This document shows, piece by piece, positions 23,880 to 37,035 of a stretch of 64,000 nucleotides of DNA. The stretch is taken from NCBI RefSeq assembly GCF_018350175.1, contig NC_058368.1, positions 203,610,001 to 203,674,000 of the forward strand. Reading direction: 5' to 3'. The notes under the pieces are model-generated. The model did no database searches and was not told the DNA's origin. It worked only from the letters and a program-made list of their open reading frames with translations. The stretch comes from Felis catus. Taxonomy: Eukaryota. The position numbers were made by a program, and so were the translations under genes. Numbering within the stretch: the first letter of the stretch is position 1; each line of letters opens with the position of its first letter.

Positions 23880-26800
23880 ACAGAAACAGTATGGTAAGGA
23901 GTAAGGAGATTCTCCTGCATTTAAAAATGGCATCTTTGCTTGATAATTGAGACAGAATTCTGGTCCCCTCTGCAGCTGGATTGTGCTACTGAAGACAAAG
24001 CAGTTCCAGTCTGGAATATTATATGTTAAAAAGAAATCATCATCATTTGGGGAGCTCAGCCTCTGTGGGAAGTGTGGCCCCTGGCCATGATGTCAAAGTG
24101 TGTCAGCCACAAATGTATGTCCCCATCTGAGTGTTGGTTCGGAGAAGACTCCTCATAAAGATATAGAATCCCTTCCTCCTCCTACCTCCCAAAAGGCTGA
24201 ACAGTGTATAGTATGTTACATTTAAGTAAATCAATAAAAATGCTGGGAAAAGAAAACAGAAATATTGTCCTTGTTTGTTTTATTAGCCTATACCTAACTA
24301 TACCTGGGAATAGAAAGAGAGGCTCTAGTGTTCTGTGCATGGCAGGATGTGGTTAAATGCCCCACAGTCCCAAACAACAACAAAAGAAAAACATCACTCA
24401 AACATTTGTAAGTTTTCTTTAATGTTTTACATGTGTGAGTCAGCTATCCTGACTCTAATAACAACCAAATGCTTTGGATTTTTCCTAAGTATTCAGGTCC
24501 ACCTAATTTACACAGTGGATAAAGAAGGATGAATTGAAAACAAGGATGGCTTGTGAAACAATGAAAGACTTTTGGAGGAAAGCCAGGAGGCTGCAAAATC
24601 TGATTTCAAGGGGAGAGAATAGGCCAATGAATTTGATTTGAGAAGTAGAGACAGAAAAGCATATAATTATGCAAGGTGTGTCCAGGACCCAAGAAAAGTT
24701 ATGGACACTATCTAAATTGGTCAGCATGAATACTGCACAGTTCCAATAATTTAGACATTGTTCATTCAGGATTTATGATTATTCAGCAAAAATAAAATTT
24801 ACCCTTTCCTTATCAGTGAAGGCATTAGCTGTTCCAAACTTTGCTTTAAAAAGTTAACTGTAGGAAACCATGAAATACTTTCAATACCTTGTGCATTAGA
24901 AGTAACCCATTTACATGCAAACAAATACCACGTTGAATAAGAATTCTTGTCTATTTCACTTGACAGAACTTTTCCAACTTAAAGCAGTAAGGAAAAAAGA
25001 GGAGTATTTTGGAAGCGTACTGGAAAGAAAAGGACAAGTCTGAGTTCCACTGGAACTGGGATATGAGGCAACTAAGCTCTGCCTCCTCACAGACACTCAT
25101 TTCCTCTTACCTCAGACTGGCTTTTTTTGCTGGGCTACTTACTGCTTGCCACCGCTTTCCATCCTTCCAACTCTGAAACCGCAAATCTCTTTTTCTCAAG
25201 ATCTCCAAGTGCAAATATACTAGGTGTGACTGTTACCGGCCAGGTGTGGAGAGCATCACAACCTCTAGAGCAAACAGTCTGGCATGGGGACTGGCCAAGT
25301 GTCAAGCACATGACCACAGAGCTGCAAGGTGCAGCTTCTGCCCACAACTGGAAGGAATGAAGAACAGGGTACCAAGGAAAGGGCAGAGTGCTGGACAGGT
25401 GCAAAACCCAAAACGGTTCTTAGTTATATCAGTGAGACCACTGACCGAATCATGTATCTCTTTTTAAAACATAGAGCTTTTAATCTTATATTTTTCACTA
25501 ATTCTAATTAGCCTTCATCTAATTAGTTCAAATCAGAGACATCTCAAGATTGTTTTTCTTTTATGCATCTTTTATAATGGAAAGATTATATTTGTTTTGC
25601 TTTGTTCTAAAGCCAAGAGAAGGACTCCGAATGTAGCCAGGATCACTGTAATTCTGTAAACTTTATGGAATAATAACAGATGAACAAAAGTTTTCACTAA
25701 GTCAAAAGGTAATACTTCTACTCAATACCAGCCTCTATCATAATAATGAGAAAAGTTATTTAACTCAAGAGTATATCCCAGTATTTTCAAGTCTATCAAC
25801 ACGTAGAAAAAATTTGCAACTCAAATGCCATTCGTTATTTAAAATATGGAATAAAAAGGAGGGAAAAATTAAAAAAAACCTGCTTTATATCTTTTATTAC
25901 GTCTTTTATACATTCACTATGAGCCAAAAGAAAACCTTATAACATGCATTTCTCTCTTTTGCTGATTAGAATAAAACACAGAATGCCCTTGCAAGGGGCT
26001 AATCTACTGAAAAACACCTTTACAAACACTATGTATTCATTAAAATGGAATAATCATGATCAAACTAATGAGATCAAAGGAACTGGTCTCATTCCTAAGT
26101 GGCTATTAATGAATATTCCCATGTGGCTGCTCTGTGATAGCAGCTAAGGGCAACAATTCCATACTCAAAGAGAAAAGCCATATGTCAACCATATATGCAT
26201 GTGGCACGTATTATCTTACACATTTTTATTATCCCCCATAAAAGAGCCTATATTCATTTTTTTAATACAGGCCATTGCATCCTCTAGAGATGAGCACAGG
26301 CAAATGAAGAATCAAAACATCCCATGTTCCTCATTACAACTGTAAATTGAACATATGCCTTCGTACAACTTAGGCAGTGACCCCAGCTACAGAGTAACCA
26401 ACTACAGTCAGGTCTTAACCCTCCTAAGGGTTTGTTTTTAATTACCTTATATACATCCTAAATGACTAAATAATCTTACAATTTTCTAAATTAGTTATCA
26501 TTTCTGTGCTCAATTTAAGCTGCTGACAATGCAAAGATTCCTAGGTCTTTCAAGGAGCAGTAAATTAAAATCAGTGTTTCATAGGTATTATTAAAAAAAA
26601 AAAACAACAACAACAAAGACTGCCCTTTATGGTTACAGCAGACATTCAGGTGAGAGGTCACTTATCAATTCAACATTAAAAATGTTTCAACATCTGCTAT
26701 TTAAACACCAGACTTTTCAATATCCATTTTTTTCAGTGACATGATCAATATATTCAGACACTAATAGTATTTCAGCCAATATCTGTAAAACTGATATGAG

Positions 26801-27442
26801 AAAAAAAATCTGTATTTAGGGAGCTTTGCAACTAACAAAACACTGAAAAATGGTATTGCAAATAAACAAAGATGCAAATAATATCTTATTTACTTTCCTA
26901 ATAAATTGATATTAAATGTAAAATGCATTGTATCCTCATGCAGGAAACAAATGAAATTTAATAATATTTAATAATATTTTTTAAGTCCGATTACATAATG
27001 TTCCTTCTCATCCTACCCCAGGGAAGTTTTGCATTCCATCCTCTAAAATCTCCTAAGAAACACTCAAATCCCCACATTTCAACTGCACCATTTTTTCTCT
27101 TTCCTCATTTTTAACTCCAGGTGATATCAAATAGCTATGTGAAATCGACTTCCTTATTAGACTCACAAGAAAAGACAGACTTTATACCCATACCTACCTT
27201 CAGATGCTTCAAACAAGTAAAGACTCCACAATAATAATGTCAGTAGAGATTGTTGGAGGCCTCTAATATTGAGTGCTTGGAATTGTTACATTCTCCTTTC
27301 TGGTCATTATTATTCCTATTTCTCTCTATGGTTATAAATATTCCCTAGTGATAAAAATTAGCGGTTCCTAATCATTTAAATTACTCATCTCTACTTTTAA
27401 GAATAAAAGAAAAACAATTTAAACATAGGACCTACTAGGGGC

Positions 27443-27877
27443 TGTAGTCCTAACTGCCAGTATTTTAGGATATAGTCCTATTAAATAAATGGGTGATGGG
27501 TACTAAGGAGGGCACCTGTGTTGAGCACTGGGTGTTATATGTAAGTCATGAATCACTAAAACTAGAGTAGACCTCTAATCTAGCATGACTTGTGTCCTGA
27601 TAAAAACAGGAAACTTGGACACAGACATGCACTCAGGGAGAACACCATACAAACGCAAAGACAGGGACTGGGTGATGAGTCTATAAGCCAGGCAACACCA
27701 ACAATTGCCAGTAAACCACCAAAAGCTCTCCATTCTCACAGGCCTTAGAAGGAACCAACCCTCCCAATACCTTGATTTCAGACTTCTAGCATTCAGCCAA
27801 GTGAGACAATGAAATTCTGTTGTTTAATCCACCAAGTTTATAATACTTTGTTACGGTAGCTCTAGGAAACTAATACA
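27443..27877 (+). mobile_element. MaLR LTR (MLT1A/B/C-like) interrupted by a short L1 3'-UTR fragment
   Basis: gaaggaaccaaccct...accttgatttcagacttctag...ttgttacggtagctctaggaaactaataca is the MLT1 3' terminus. The L1-type tgggtgatgggtactaaggagggcacctg...gagcactgggtgttatatg lies at ~27487-27560. Confidence 0.75.
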
Positions 27878-29535
27878 GGGTCCATAACTTAAGACCCACA
27901 GAAATCAGTTAGGAGGATGTTTGACACATTGGGAATCATAATGCTTTCATGTCAGTACATAGAATTGTTTGACATCAACCGTCATATCAAACAACCTGTA
28001 ACACACTCCTAAGCCATGTCCCTGAGAAGTCCAATGTACAGTTTTGCTCAATAAATCTATACTTATGCCATAGATTTTTGGAGTGTCCCCACAATGTTAT
28101 ACTTTCCCCACAAATTTTGTGGTTTCTTAATGACCCCAAATACGATAGATTCAAAAACCTACACTTGACCCAAATCTCAAAATGGTAGTTAGATGAATTT
28201 GATGTAACCAGAAAATTTAGTGGGAAACAGACATACTTTGGGGAGTTCTAATTTTTTTTTAAATCTTGACCTTCCTTGTTTACTAGAGGAACAACAAAAA
28301 ACAATCAAATTAGTACGTACAAGTATAAATCTACATATGGTAGCCTCCACTAATTTCTGACAATTTTATGAATTAGCATCTCCATTATTTTATGCAAAAT
28401 ATTTACAATAGACTACAACGAATACGTGACGATAATATAATGGAATTGGCTAATATATTAAAATGTATACGTCTAATGAATATTGCTCACTTCAGAGAAC
28501 ATTAGGAGACCATATTTATAATATTCTTCATCCTAGAAATCAAATGTTCTCAGCTCCTACCTCCTTTTCAAAGCACTGATTTGATGCCGGGGACTTTCTG
28601 TTCCATCCCATCCATAGTAGTTCATACCAAAGATGGGCACCTGTGCTCACACTCATTTACAATCCTAGCTTTTATCTTTTTAGTCTTAATTTCCCCAGTA
28701 GAATTACACAATTAGCTTTTGAGTCCGAATACATTACTGAACTTGTTTCTATGATCCTACTGTTGTGCAACCATAAGATGGATGGCTAATAAGGGCCATC
28801 TTCAAAAACTTTAGTAAATCCATCCAGAACCAAAAATGTATAAAACAATGAAATGCTTGTGTTATGTACTCAAAAACTACAAGGATCTTCTGTAAATATA
28901 GTCGCATTTGCCAAACCGTTTCTCCTAATTTGTTTATTCCTCCTCCTTTGATCATTTCCCATCTGAACTTCCATCTTCTTTTGTACAACTAGTAATCAAA
29001 TAAGCAAGAAGCTAGCAGGCCTTCAACAAAACAGACATCTGCTAGGCAAATAAAATAACTCCAGGATAATCCAATGCTGAGTCAGTGCTGCATTTAACCA
29101 CAAGAAAACTCAGCATTCAAAATATCACAGGTTGGTTCCGGGACACAACATAATACCATCACCAGAAGGTTTGTCCAAGATTTGTCTCCTATATCAAATG
29201 CAGTAAATTAGCTGAAAGGTTGAGCTCCGTCATTCGGCTCTTCCCCCTAATTTTATAAAGGATAAGACTGAGGTTCATTTTCCTTACCAGAGCTCCATGC
29301 TAGGTAATGAATGCAGGTCTCCTGATGCCAAAATCACTCTTCCTTCCATTAGATGAGAAGAACTTTGCCAAACAAATAAATAAATAGAGAACCACACCAT
29401 TTACAGTCCAAGGTTGTTGTTTTTTTTCAATGTACGTCTAAGGATAATGAAGGTGTTTCCTTTAGTGACACATCTCCTCTTATGGATGCTTTTTTGAGAG
29501 GAATAGTATATATACTTTGAATCAGAGAGATAGAA

Positions 29536-29764
29536 TTTTTTTTAATGTTTATTTATTTTTGAGAGAGAGAGAGAGAGCGCATGCGCAAGTGAGCGAGCCT
29601 GAGTGGGGAAGGGACAGAGAGAGAGGGAGACACAGAATCTGAAGCAAGCTCCAGGCTCTGAGCTGTCAGCACAGAACCCGACGTGGGACTTGAACTCACG
29701 GATCGCAAGGTCATGACCTGAGCCAAAATCAGATGCTTAACTGACTGAGCCACCCAGGTGCTCC
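29536..29764 (-). mobile_element. Can-SINE
   Basis: Full body; TSD agagatagaattttt / agagatacaattttt. Confidence 0.94.
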
Positions 29765-30150
29765 AGAGATACAATTTTTAATCTTAGCTCTCCCATTCTG
29801 TAGCAGTGCAAACTTAAAAAAGTTACCCCACTTAAGATAAAAATGAATGAACAAAAAAAACTTGAATAATTCCTAATGTTGGGAAAGATCATATTTGTTA
29901 ACTGTTTTGTGTAATGACTGGTAAGCAATAAGTACTCAATACATGTTGGTTTTTTGCCCTCTCGTTGGTCAATTGTTAATATTTATGAAACATGTCCCAA
30001 TGTGCTAAAATAATGACTGGGTCAAAATCTCTACATTACTCAGGAGGTTACTTCAACACACAGATTCCAGGTTTAACTTATGATTCTTCCTTTCTTCAAA
30101 TCTTTTTCTGACCATTGAGTAGATCATCACTGTATATTAAAATCAGCTTC

Positions 30151-30389
30151 GGGGCGCCTGGGTGGCGCAGTCGGTTAAGCGTCCGACTTCAGCCAGGTCA
30201 CGATCTCGCGGTCTGTGAGTTCGAGCCCCGCGTCGGGCTCTGGGCTGATGGCTCAGAGCCTGGAGCCTGTTTCCGATTCTGTGTCTCCCTCTCTCTCTCT
30301 GCCCTTCCCCCGTTCATGCTCTGTCTCTCTCTGTCCCAAAAAATAAATAAACGTTGAAAAAAAATTAAAAAAACAAAATAAAATAAAAT
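30151..30389 (+). mobile_element. Young SINEC_Fc
   Basis: CpG-rich near-consensus body; TSD aaaatcagcttc / aaaataagcttc. Confidence 0.96.
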
Positions 30390-30965
30390 AAAATAAGCTT
30401 CTCCAGCACTGTTGGTGACTGGGCTCTGGGCCAGCTTGTGAGGAAGTACTGTGGTTTTGAAGTACGATTTTCTCACCTGAATAAAACGGGCTTTCTGAGG
30501 CACTGGAGCAAAGGAGGCACAGATAATATGAAAAGAACGTAAGCATGGACATAGCTTTCTTCAGATATAGAGGTGACATTGTCTGTGGAAAGTCTGGTTT
30601 GAGAACAAGAGGGATCGACGTTTTAAAATATTCACTTGGAAGGAAGAATAAACACTATGAGCGCAAGGGTTTCTAGAGAAATTATAGAGGTTTTCGTTTA
30701 GCAATGTTTTAGCAGTATTTCAGCTTCCCTCTCCCTCCCAACTAATACAAGCCTCACTTTCATAGAAAGTGAAAGTGACAACTATTCAGCCCACTGTAAA
30801 TAGTAAATACAAAAAAACCACACCAAGATTATTTTTCATATTCTCCACTGTACGGCCATCTACCTTCTGTCACATTTTTAATCCTTTCGCAAATAGTTTG
30901 GGAAATGAGGGAAGGTATGCCTATCTACCACCTTTGTTTCCCAGCTTTTAGCATCCCGAATACTA

Positions 30966-31322
30966 ATGGGAGGTACACTGCCCAAATGCTCTTTGCAGGA
31001 CCGGGGCACTCATTCCCTCGGTGCTAAAGGCAAGTTGCATGCTCCCCCTGCCGCCTGCTGTGGCAGTCACATCAATGCAGGTATTAAAGCCTTGCCCCCT
31101 TGCTCAATTGGGAATAAAGCTCATCCCTTATTTGACGGGTCATCCCCGTGGGATCAGCTGAGACACCTCTTGTGACTTCATCTCAGATCAACGTTTTTCG
31201 CTCTGCCTACAGCTGTTTACTTCACCTCTCACAGGTGTTCCTTCCAAGAGCACTCCCCCATAAACTTCCTACATGCAAACCTCCATCACAGACTCCGTTT
31301 CTCTTGGAACTAGATCGAAGAC
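30966..31322 (+). mobile_element. ERVL solo LTR relic (LTR16-like)
   Basis: 3' part ...agagcactccccataaacttcctacatgcaaacctccatcacagactccgtttctcttggaactagatcgaagaca resembles the LTR16 end. Confidence 0.6.
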
Positions 31323-31758
31323 AGCCTGTAAGTGTCGTTTGTTTGTTTTTCAGGTAGGGACTCTTTGACAAAACTGTAGCAAAATGACTACCCCTTCTTC
31401 TGAACGATGGTTGCCTCAGTTTTAACTGAAACAACATGTGAGTTTAGTAAGCCCACCAGAGAAACCTAAGGATGCACAACACTCCTAGGAATAAATTGAT
31501 GCGGGAAGCAGCAATGTTTAGGACTAGCATGGAGAGAGCCAGTAGCATAAGAGATTGGGAATGGGTTTGCCAATCCAGTTGCAGGATATGAACTAGAGGT
31601 CAATGGGCAATAAGCTAAGCGCAAAACCATACAAGGGCAAAATGGCAATTGTCTAAAAGTCTTTCCTTTTTATTTTTTGACAGAACCCGCAGAGAGAAGT
31701 TATGGTAGATGCGGTTCTATTGTGGAAAGCCTAAGGATTAAAAAAGTATACTCAGGCA

Positions 31759-31981
31759 TTTTAATCTTTTTTTAATGTTTATTTAGAGAGAGAGACCGAC
31801 AGACAGAACATGAGCAGGGCAAGGGTGGGAGGAGAGTAGAGAGAGAGACACAGAATCGGAAGCAGGCTCCAGGCTCCGAGCTGTCAGCACAGAGTCCCAC
31901 GTGGAGCTTGAACCCACGAATCAGGAGATCATGACCTGAGCCGAAGTCAGATGCTTAACCGACTGAACTACCCGGTGCCCC
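31759..31981 (-). mobile_element. Can-SINE (older of a tandem pair)
   Basis: TSD aaaagtatactcaggcatttt (31742) / aaaagtatactcaagacatttt (31982). Confidence 0.93.
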
Positions 31982-31999
31982 AAAAGTATACTCAAGACA

Positions 32000-32222
32000 T
32001 TTTTTTAAAAATTTTTTTTCAATGTTTATTTATTTTTGGGACAGAGAGAGACAGAGCATGAACAGGGGAGGGGCAGAGAGAAAGGGAGACACAGAATCGG
32101 AAACAGGCTCCAGGCTCTGAGCCATCAGCCCAGAGCCTGACGCGGGGCTCGAACTCACGGACCGCGAGATCGTGACCTGGCTGAAGTCGGACGCTTAACC
32201 GACTGCACCACCCAGGCGCCCC
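32000..32222 (-). mobile_element. Young SINEC_Fc inserted in the TSD of the preceding SINE
   Basis: TSD tcaagacatttt (31992) / tcaagacagttt (32223). Confidence 0.94.
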
Positions 32223-33661
32223 TCAAGACAGTTTAAAAGGAATATTCCCAAATGTTTCTTTACAGGAAAAAAAAGTCAGTATAAAATGAGACATGTGTAG
32301 GTATATGAACTTCACTGTAAGAGGGTTCATTTCAGTTTACCAGGAGTCCAGAAAGCCAAGGATGCTATTCTCAAACCTACGAAAAGTTCCAGAGCAGCCC
32401 CTCCAAACAGTTTCTGGAACCTAAGTATTTGTATTTTTCTAAAGAAAATCACTGATAACAATTTGCTATTATTTTTTTTTCCCAATGTGCTATGTTGAAA
32501 TTCCATTACTGAGAGCCTCAGACATCATTATCCAGGACAATTCCCTATTATTATGTTGGAAATGGAACTTAATTTTAGGTTTTCAATTCCAAGTCCTAAG
32601 CGGGAACTAAATGTCACAGAACAAAATGTCACGCAATGAGATCGGATACTAAAATATGTGACAGTAACCAGATGTTTCCCTAACAATTACCACATAGCAA
32701 AGGCCAAAGAAATGAGGTACAGTGTTTCTCACAAGTCAGAGGGCCTCCACATTGTTATGTGATGCTGGTATTTGCCAGTTTATATTCTGGTGAGCATACT
32801 CTAGATGCCTCTGAAGAAACACAGAACACAAAACACGATTATTTCTATGAAAGACTTTTGAAAGAAATTACTTAAAGAATTCTCAAACAGGGCAGTATCA
32901 ACAAGATCCAGGTTCTCATTAAAATATAAAGCAGACAGAAGAAGGTCCCTAATCACTCGACTAAATCCTTATCACCATCATCTCTGCCTTAACACCCTCC
33001 TGTTAACTACTTTACCATTTGTGAGGCATGACAAGAGGCAAAAAGAAATAGGATTTAGGAGACAGATGTTCAGCTCAGAGATGAAGAAGCAAAATGAGAG
33101 CGGACCAAAGAACAAGAACATGCTGCCTTCCACCTTGGATACTATTTATGACCAGATCCCTGAGTCTCAGTCCTTGGACTGGTTCCTCAACAGTAACCAA
33201 AACCTGCAAGTTTCAGGGAGCAAGTGATTTGTTTTTAGGACTGATATCCCTGTAGCCTCTTGATATACAGTTTTAATACTGTGGTAAAATGGTGGCCAAT
33301 AGTGAAACCAAAGATGAAAAGCAGAAACATTCTTCAAGCCCAATAGAGATAGATACCCAAACTTGCATGAGACAAGGGTAAATATTAATTTAGTGGATTT
33401 ATTACTTTAATGGATTAAAAAAATATTTCAACAACTCAAGTCAGAAATGGAATATAGGGAATACACAGCCTTCTGATGTGAGAACAAACTTAGATTAAAA
33501 CAAATTTTAGAGATAGTTACATGGTATAACAATTTGATCCAAGAATACACAAAATATATTTAATTCACCTTACACATGCAATGTTTCTTTTCTGGAGGTT
33601 CTAAAGTATTATATGAACTAGTACATTTGTATTAACACGTATAAGTTGAATGTAGGATAGG

Positions 33662-33705
33662 ACAACAATTTGGGAAGTGTTTACAACAATTTGGGAAGTG
33701 TTTAC
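33662..33705. repeat. Perfect 21-bp tandem duplication
   Basis: acaacaatttgggaagtgttt x2 followed by ac. Confidence 0.95.
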
Positions 33706-34049
33706 GTTCTAAAATGTATCCTTGAACCTTTTAAAAACTTCACTCCTCATTATATCTAAGATCTCCCTGGGCAGCTAAAACACAATATACAATATGTTGG
33801 GTTCTTAAAAAAATACTGAGTTTGTTAATAAATCTTAAAATATAAAGGTATATAGTATTCCTCTTTTTCCACTTTCACAAAAATAATGAGGTCTTTATGC
33901 TCATAATTGCTGTCTTCAGCAGACTTGGTTATGCAAAACACAAGAAAACAGGTGGCTCCATCAATCTGGAAAGAAACGCCAACATCCATCTCTCTATGAT
34001 TTAGTGCAAGTCTTAACTTGGCATATTTAATTGCTACATGGCATTCCAT

Positions 34050-34500
34050 CTTAAGAAAATAACATTATTCATTTATTCATCTATCTTCAAATGGATACAC
34101 ATCTAGTTTGTTTCTAAATTTTTATAGCCAGCGATATAGTAAAACATCTCATGCAGGTCCTTTGGGGTACAAAGTCAAAAGGCCTCTTCAGTGTGTAATT
34201 AGAGATGGACTCTAGGGTTTTATCACCTTTGAACTTTCCCATATATTGTCAAGTTGCTCTCCAAAAGAGAAAAAATTTAATTTTAACATGGTTTGTGTTT
34301 TCATGTCATTTTAAAGAAATTCTTCCCCATCTTAATGTTACAAAATTTTTCTTACAAGATTTTTTCTAAAAGTTCTGAAGATTTCTTTCCTATTTTGATT
34401 TTCAATTCATGTGAAATTTATTTTTGTTATAGTGTGGGATATGGATACAAGTTTATTCTTTTCAACATAGACAGCCAGTGGTTTCCCTACTTACTTTTAG
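34050..34500 (-). mobile_element. Old L1M fragment
   Basis: Degenerate antisense L1 ORF2/3' motifs (gtcaagttgctctccaaaag; tttatttttgttatagtgtggga; atagacagccagtggtttccc). Confidence 0.6.
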
Positions 34501-34520
34501 GTCCAACCTTAGCATATATA

Positions 34521-34652
34521 TAGGATAACCATATATTTTTGTTCATAGAAAGCAAAATGCTTTTGAAATTAAAGGGGTAATTGTTAATAACTATGCTCAG
34601 ACAAGCATAAGCAAAAATTGTCCCATGCAAACTGGGACATAGAGTCATTTCA
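34521..34652. mobile_element. MER94-like hAT-Blackjack MITE
   Basis: taggataaccatata...tgtcccatgcaaactgggacatagagtca resembles MER94 ends. Confidence 0.55.
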
Positions 34653-34777
34653 CTCATAAATCAAATTCAAATATGTGTGTGGTTCTATTTTTTGACTATT
34701 TGGTTGCCTCTGTTAAAGCTTAGATGCCTGCAGCTGCAACACACAATTTTAGTGATGAGTTTATAATGCCAGATAGC

Positions 34778-34989
34778 GGGGCACCTGGGTGGCTCAGTCG
34801 GTTAAGTGTCCGACTTCGGTTCAGGTCATGATCTCACGGTTTGTGGGTTCGAGCCCTGTGTCGGGCTCTGTGCTGACAACTCAGAGCCCAGAGTCTCCTT
34901 CAGATTCTGTGTTTCCCTCTCTCTGTGTCTCCCCTGCTCACGATCTCTCTCTCAAAAATGAATAAATGTTAAAAAATTAAAAATATATA
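34778..34989 (+). mobile_element. Can-SINE
   Basis: Full body; TSD tataatgccagata at 34762 and 34990. Confidence 0.94.
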
Positions 34990-35664
34990 TATAATGCCAG
35001 ATAATTTCAGGCCAGTTTTAACAAAATTTTAAGAACCATGGGATCTTGCAGTAGAAAACTTTTTCATATAAAGTTCAGATGGGAAATAATATTTGTAGCT
35101 CATAACACTAAGAAAGATTAATAAGCAGAACATATCGAGAACTACAAACCTCTACTAAAATAAAGAGATCACTTCACATCCATCAAATTAGGAAAAATTA
35201 GAAATTCTGACAACACTAAGTGCTGGAGAAGATTTGGTAAAATGGAAAATCGTAGGTACTGCAGGGGTCTTGTCAAACAGAGAGGGAAAAAGAAGAACAA
35301 TCTACCCAGCATCTTCATCAAAAATGTTCCAAAATGCTCCACAGCCCTTTTGATTTTACATGAGTTTTCAAATCAACTCATCTTACTCCTCTGCAAATTG
35401 TTTTGCTTCATCTGAGTAGCTGTTCTGCTCTCAGCTGGCCACATCACAGCCCGCTTGCCTAGGAGAGTACCAGTGAATTTAAATTATCAATAATGTTGCT
35501 TTTTTGCACCAAGGGATACATGTGCTTTAATACACTAAGGGATAAACATGCCATAGACTGTAGAGTGCCAAGACAGCCTTAGTAGAAAGATGCCAGAGGA
35601 ACTGTGATGTGAGTGAGAGAGTTCAGTTGCCTCAAGTTGCCCTCTAACATCATGATGGTTGTTA

Positions 35665-36222
35665 TTTTTTAAACTCTTATACTTGGAGATACTTACAGAT
35701 TTGACATACTGTTGAAAAAAATAACAGATCAAGATTCTGAATCCTTTAGCTAATTCCCCTCAATGGTAACATCTTGTGAAACTACTACAATAGCACAACC
35801 AGGATATTGGGAGGAAGAGTCAACATATTGAACATTTTTTTAAGTATGTATTTACTTTGAGAGAGAGTGCAAGCTTGAGCCACTGAGGAGTGGGAGAGAG
35901 AGAGGGAGAGAAAGAATTCCAAGCAGGCTCCGCATTGTCAGCCTAGAGCCCGACATGGGGCTCGAACTCATGAACTGTGAGATCATGACCTGAGCTGAAA
36001 TTAAGAGTCAGACGCTTATCCAACACTGCCACCCAGACGCCCCCATATAGAACATTTTCATTACCACGAGCACCCCTTATATTGCCCTTTTATAGCCGCA
36101 CCTACTTCCCTCTCACTCCCTTGCTCTTAACATCTGGCAACCATTAATCTGTTTTCTATTTCTACAGTTTTGTCATTTCAAGAATGTTATATAATGAAAT
36201 CATAAAGCATGTAACCTTTTGA
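35665..36222 (-). mobile_element. L1MC-like 3' end interrupted by a Can-SINE
   Basis: cccctcaatggtaacatcttg...caaccaggatattg and ctggcaaccattaatctgttttc...gtcatttcaagaatgttatata are typical of L1MC/MB 3' ends. Confidence 0.65.
35835..36043 (-). mobile_element. Can-SINE
   Basis: TSD catattgaacatttt / catatagaacatttt. Confidence 0.93.
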
Positions 36223-36639
36223 AAGTAAAAGCAAGACGAGGGGAGGGAAGGGAAAGAGAAAAAGGAGGCATCATTTTGGGATTCTGCCTGAATTGCTAAA
36301 AATGCATAGTCTAATTAGGGGAATTTTTTTTTCCTCTCAATTATCTGCTTCTCTTGTTTCAGCAAGCTTTCCACCTCTTCTTGTGTATTTAGGTTTCCTC
36401 CTTTTTCATTGCATCCCTGCCAATGTTCTGACAAATCTGGCAAAGGGAAGAGTCTGAAATTCTAAACTCATGTGGCAGAGCCCTTCCAGCGGCACTGCGA
36501 ATTTATGGTAGAACAGCAACCGGGTCAATGAATGAACCTGCTTATTACTGGTTCTTTCACATGCCAGCCTGTGCTCCACACTCAGTAACTGGGGAGTTCT
36601 TTCTTGCTAACACTCTGAACATGCCTTTTACTATTTTCC

Positions 36640-37035
36640 TCCGCGTTCACTCATCTCCAACACACTGTTCTCACTGCTTCTCAAATACACAGGTATGAGG
36701 GCACCTCAGGAGCTTTGTGCTTGCTGGTCCTCCTTTGTGAGACTCTTCCCCCAGGGCATCTAATGGCTTCCTCGCCCATTTCAATCAGGTCTCTGCCTAA
36801 AGATCACTTTTCATAAAGGCCTTTCCTAACTATTCTACATAAAATATTTTTGTACATGGATTCATTTTTATGCATGGCACTGAATACAATCCAACGTACT
36901 GAGTATTGGTGTATTCTCCGCTGGCATTTAAGGTCTAAAAGAACTGATTCTTTCTGTTCACTATTATATCCCCAGAACTTAGACTATTTCCTGACAAGTA
37001 GTTAGCAAGGAAATATTTGTTGACCAAATGAATAA
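36640..37035 (+). mobile_element. L2 3' end relic
   Basis: cacctcaggagctttgtgcttgctg...tgttcactattatatccccag...aaatatttgttgaccaaatgaat. Confidence 0.65.

Larger units (their letters stand above)
21483..24260 (+). other. FGF10: FGF10 3' UTR (3' end uncertain)
   Basis: Follows the stop codon. AU-rich and free of SINE/LINE. Candidate AATAAA at 22764, 22902 and 24233; the last is followed by a T/GT-rich tract near 24265-24282. Confidence 0.6.
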
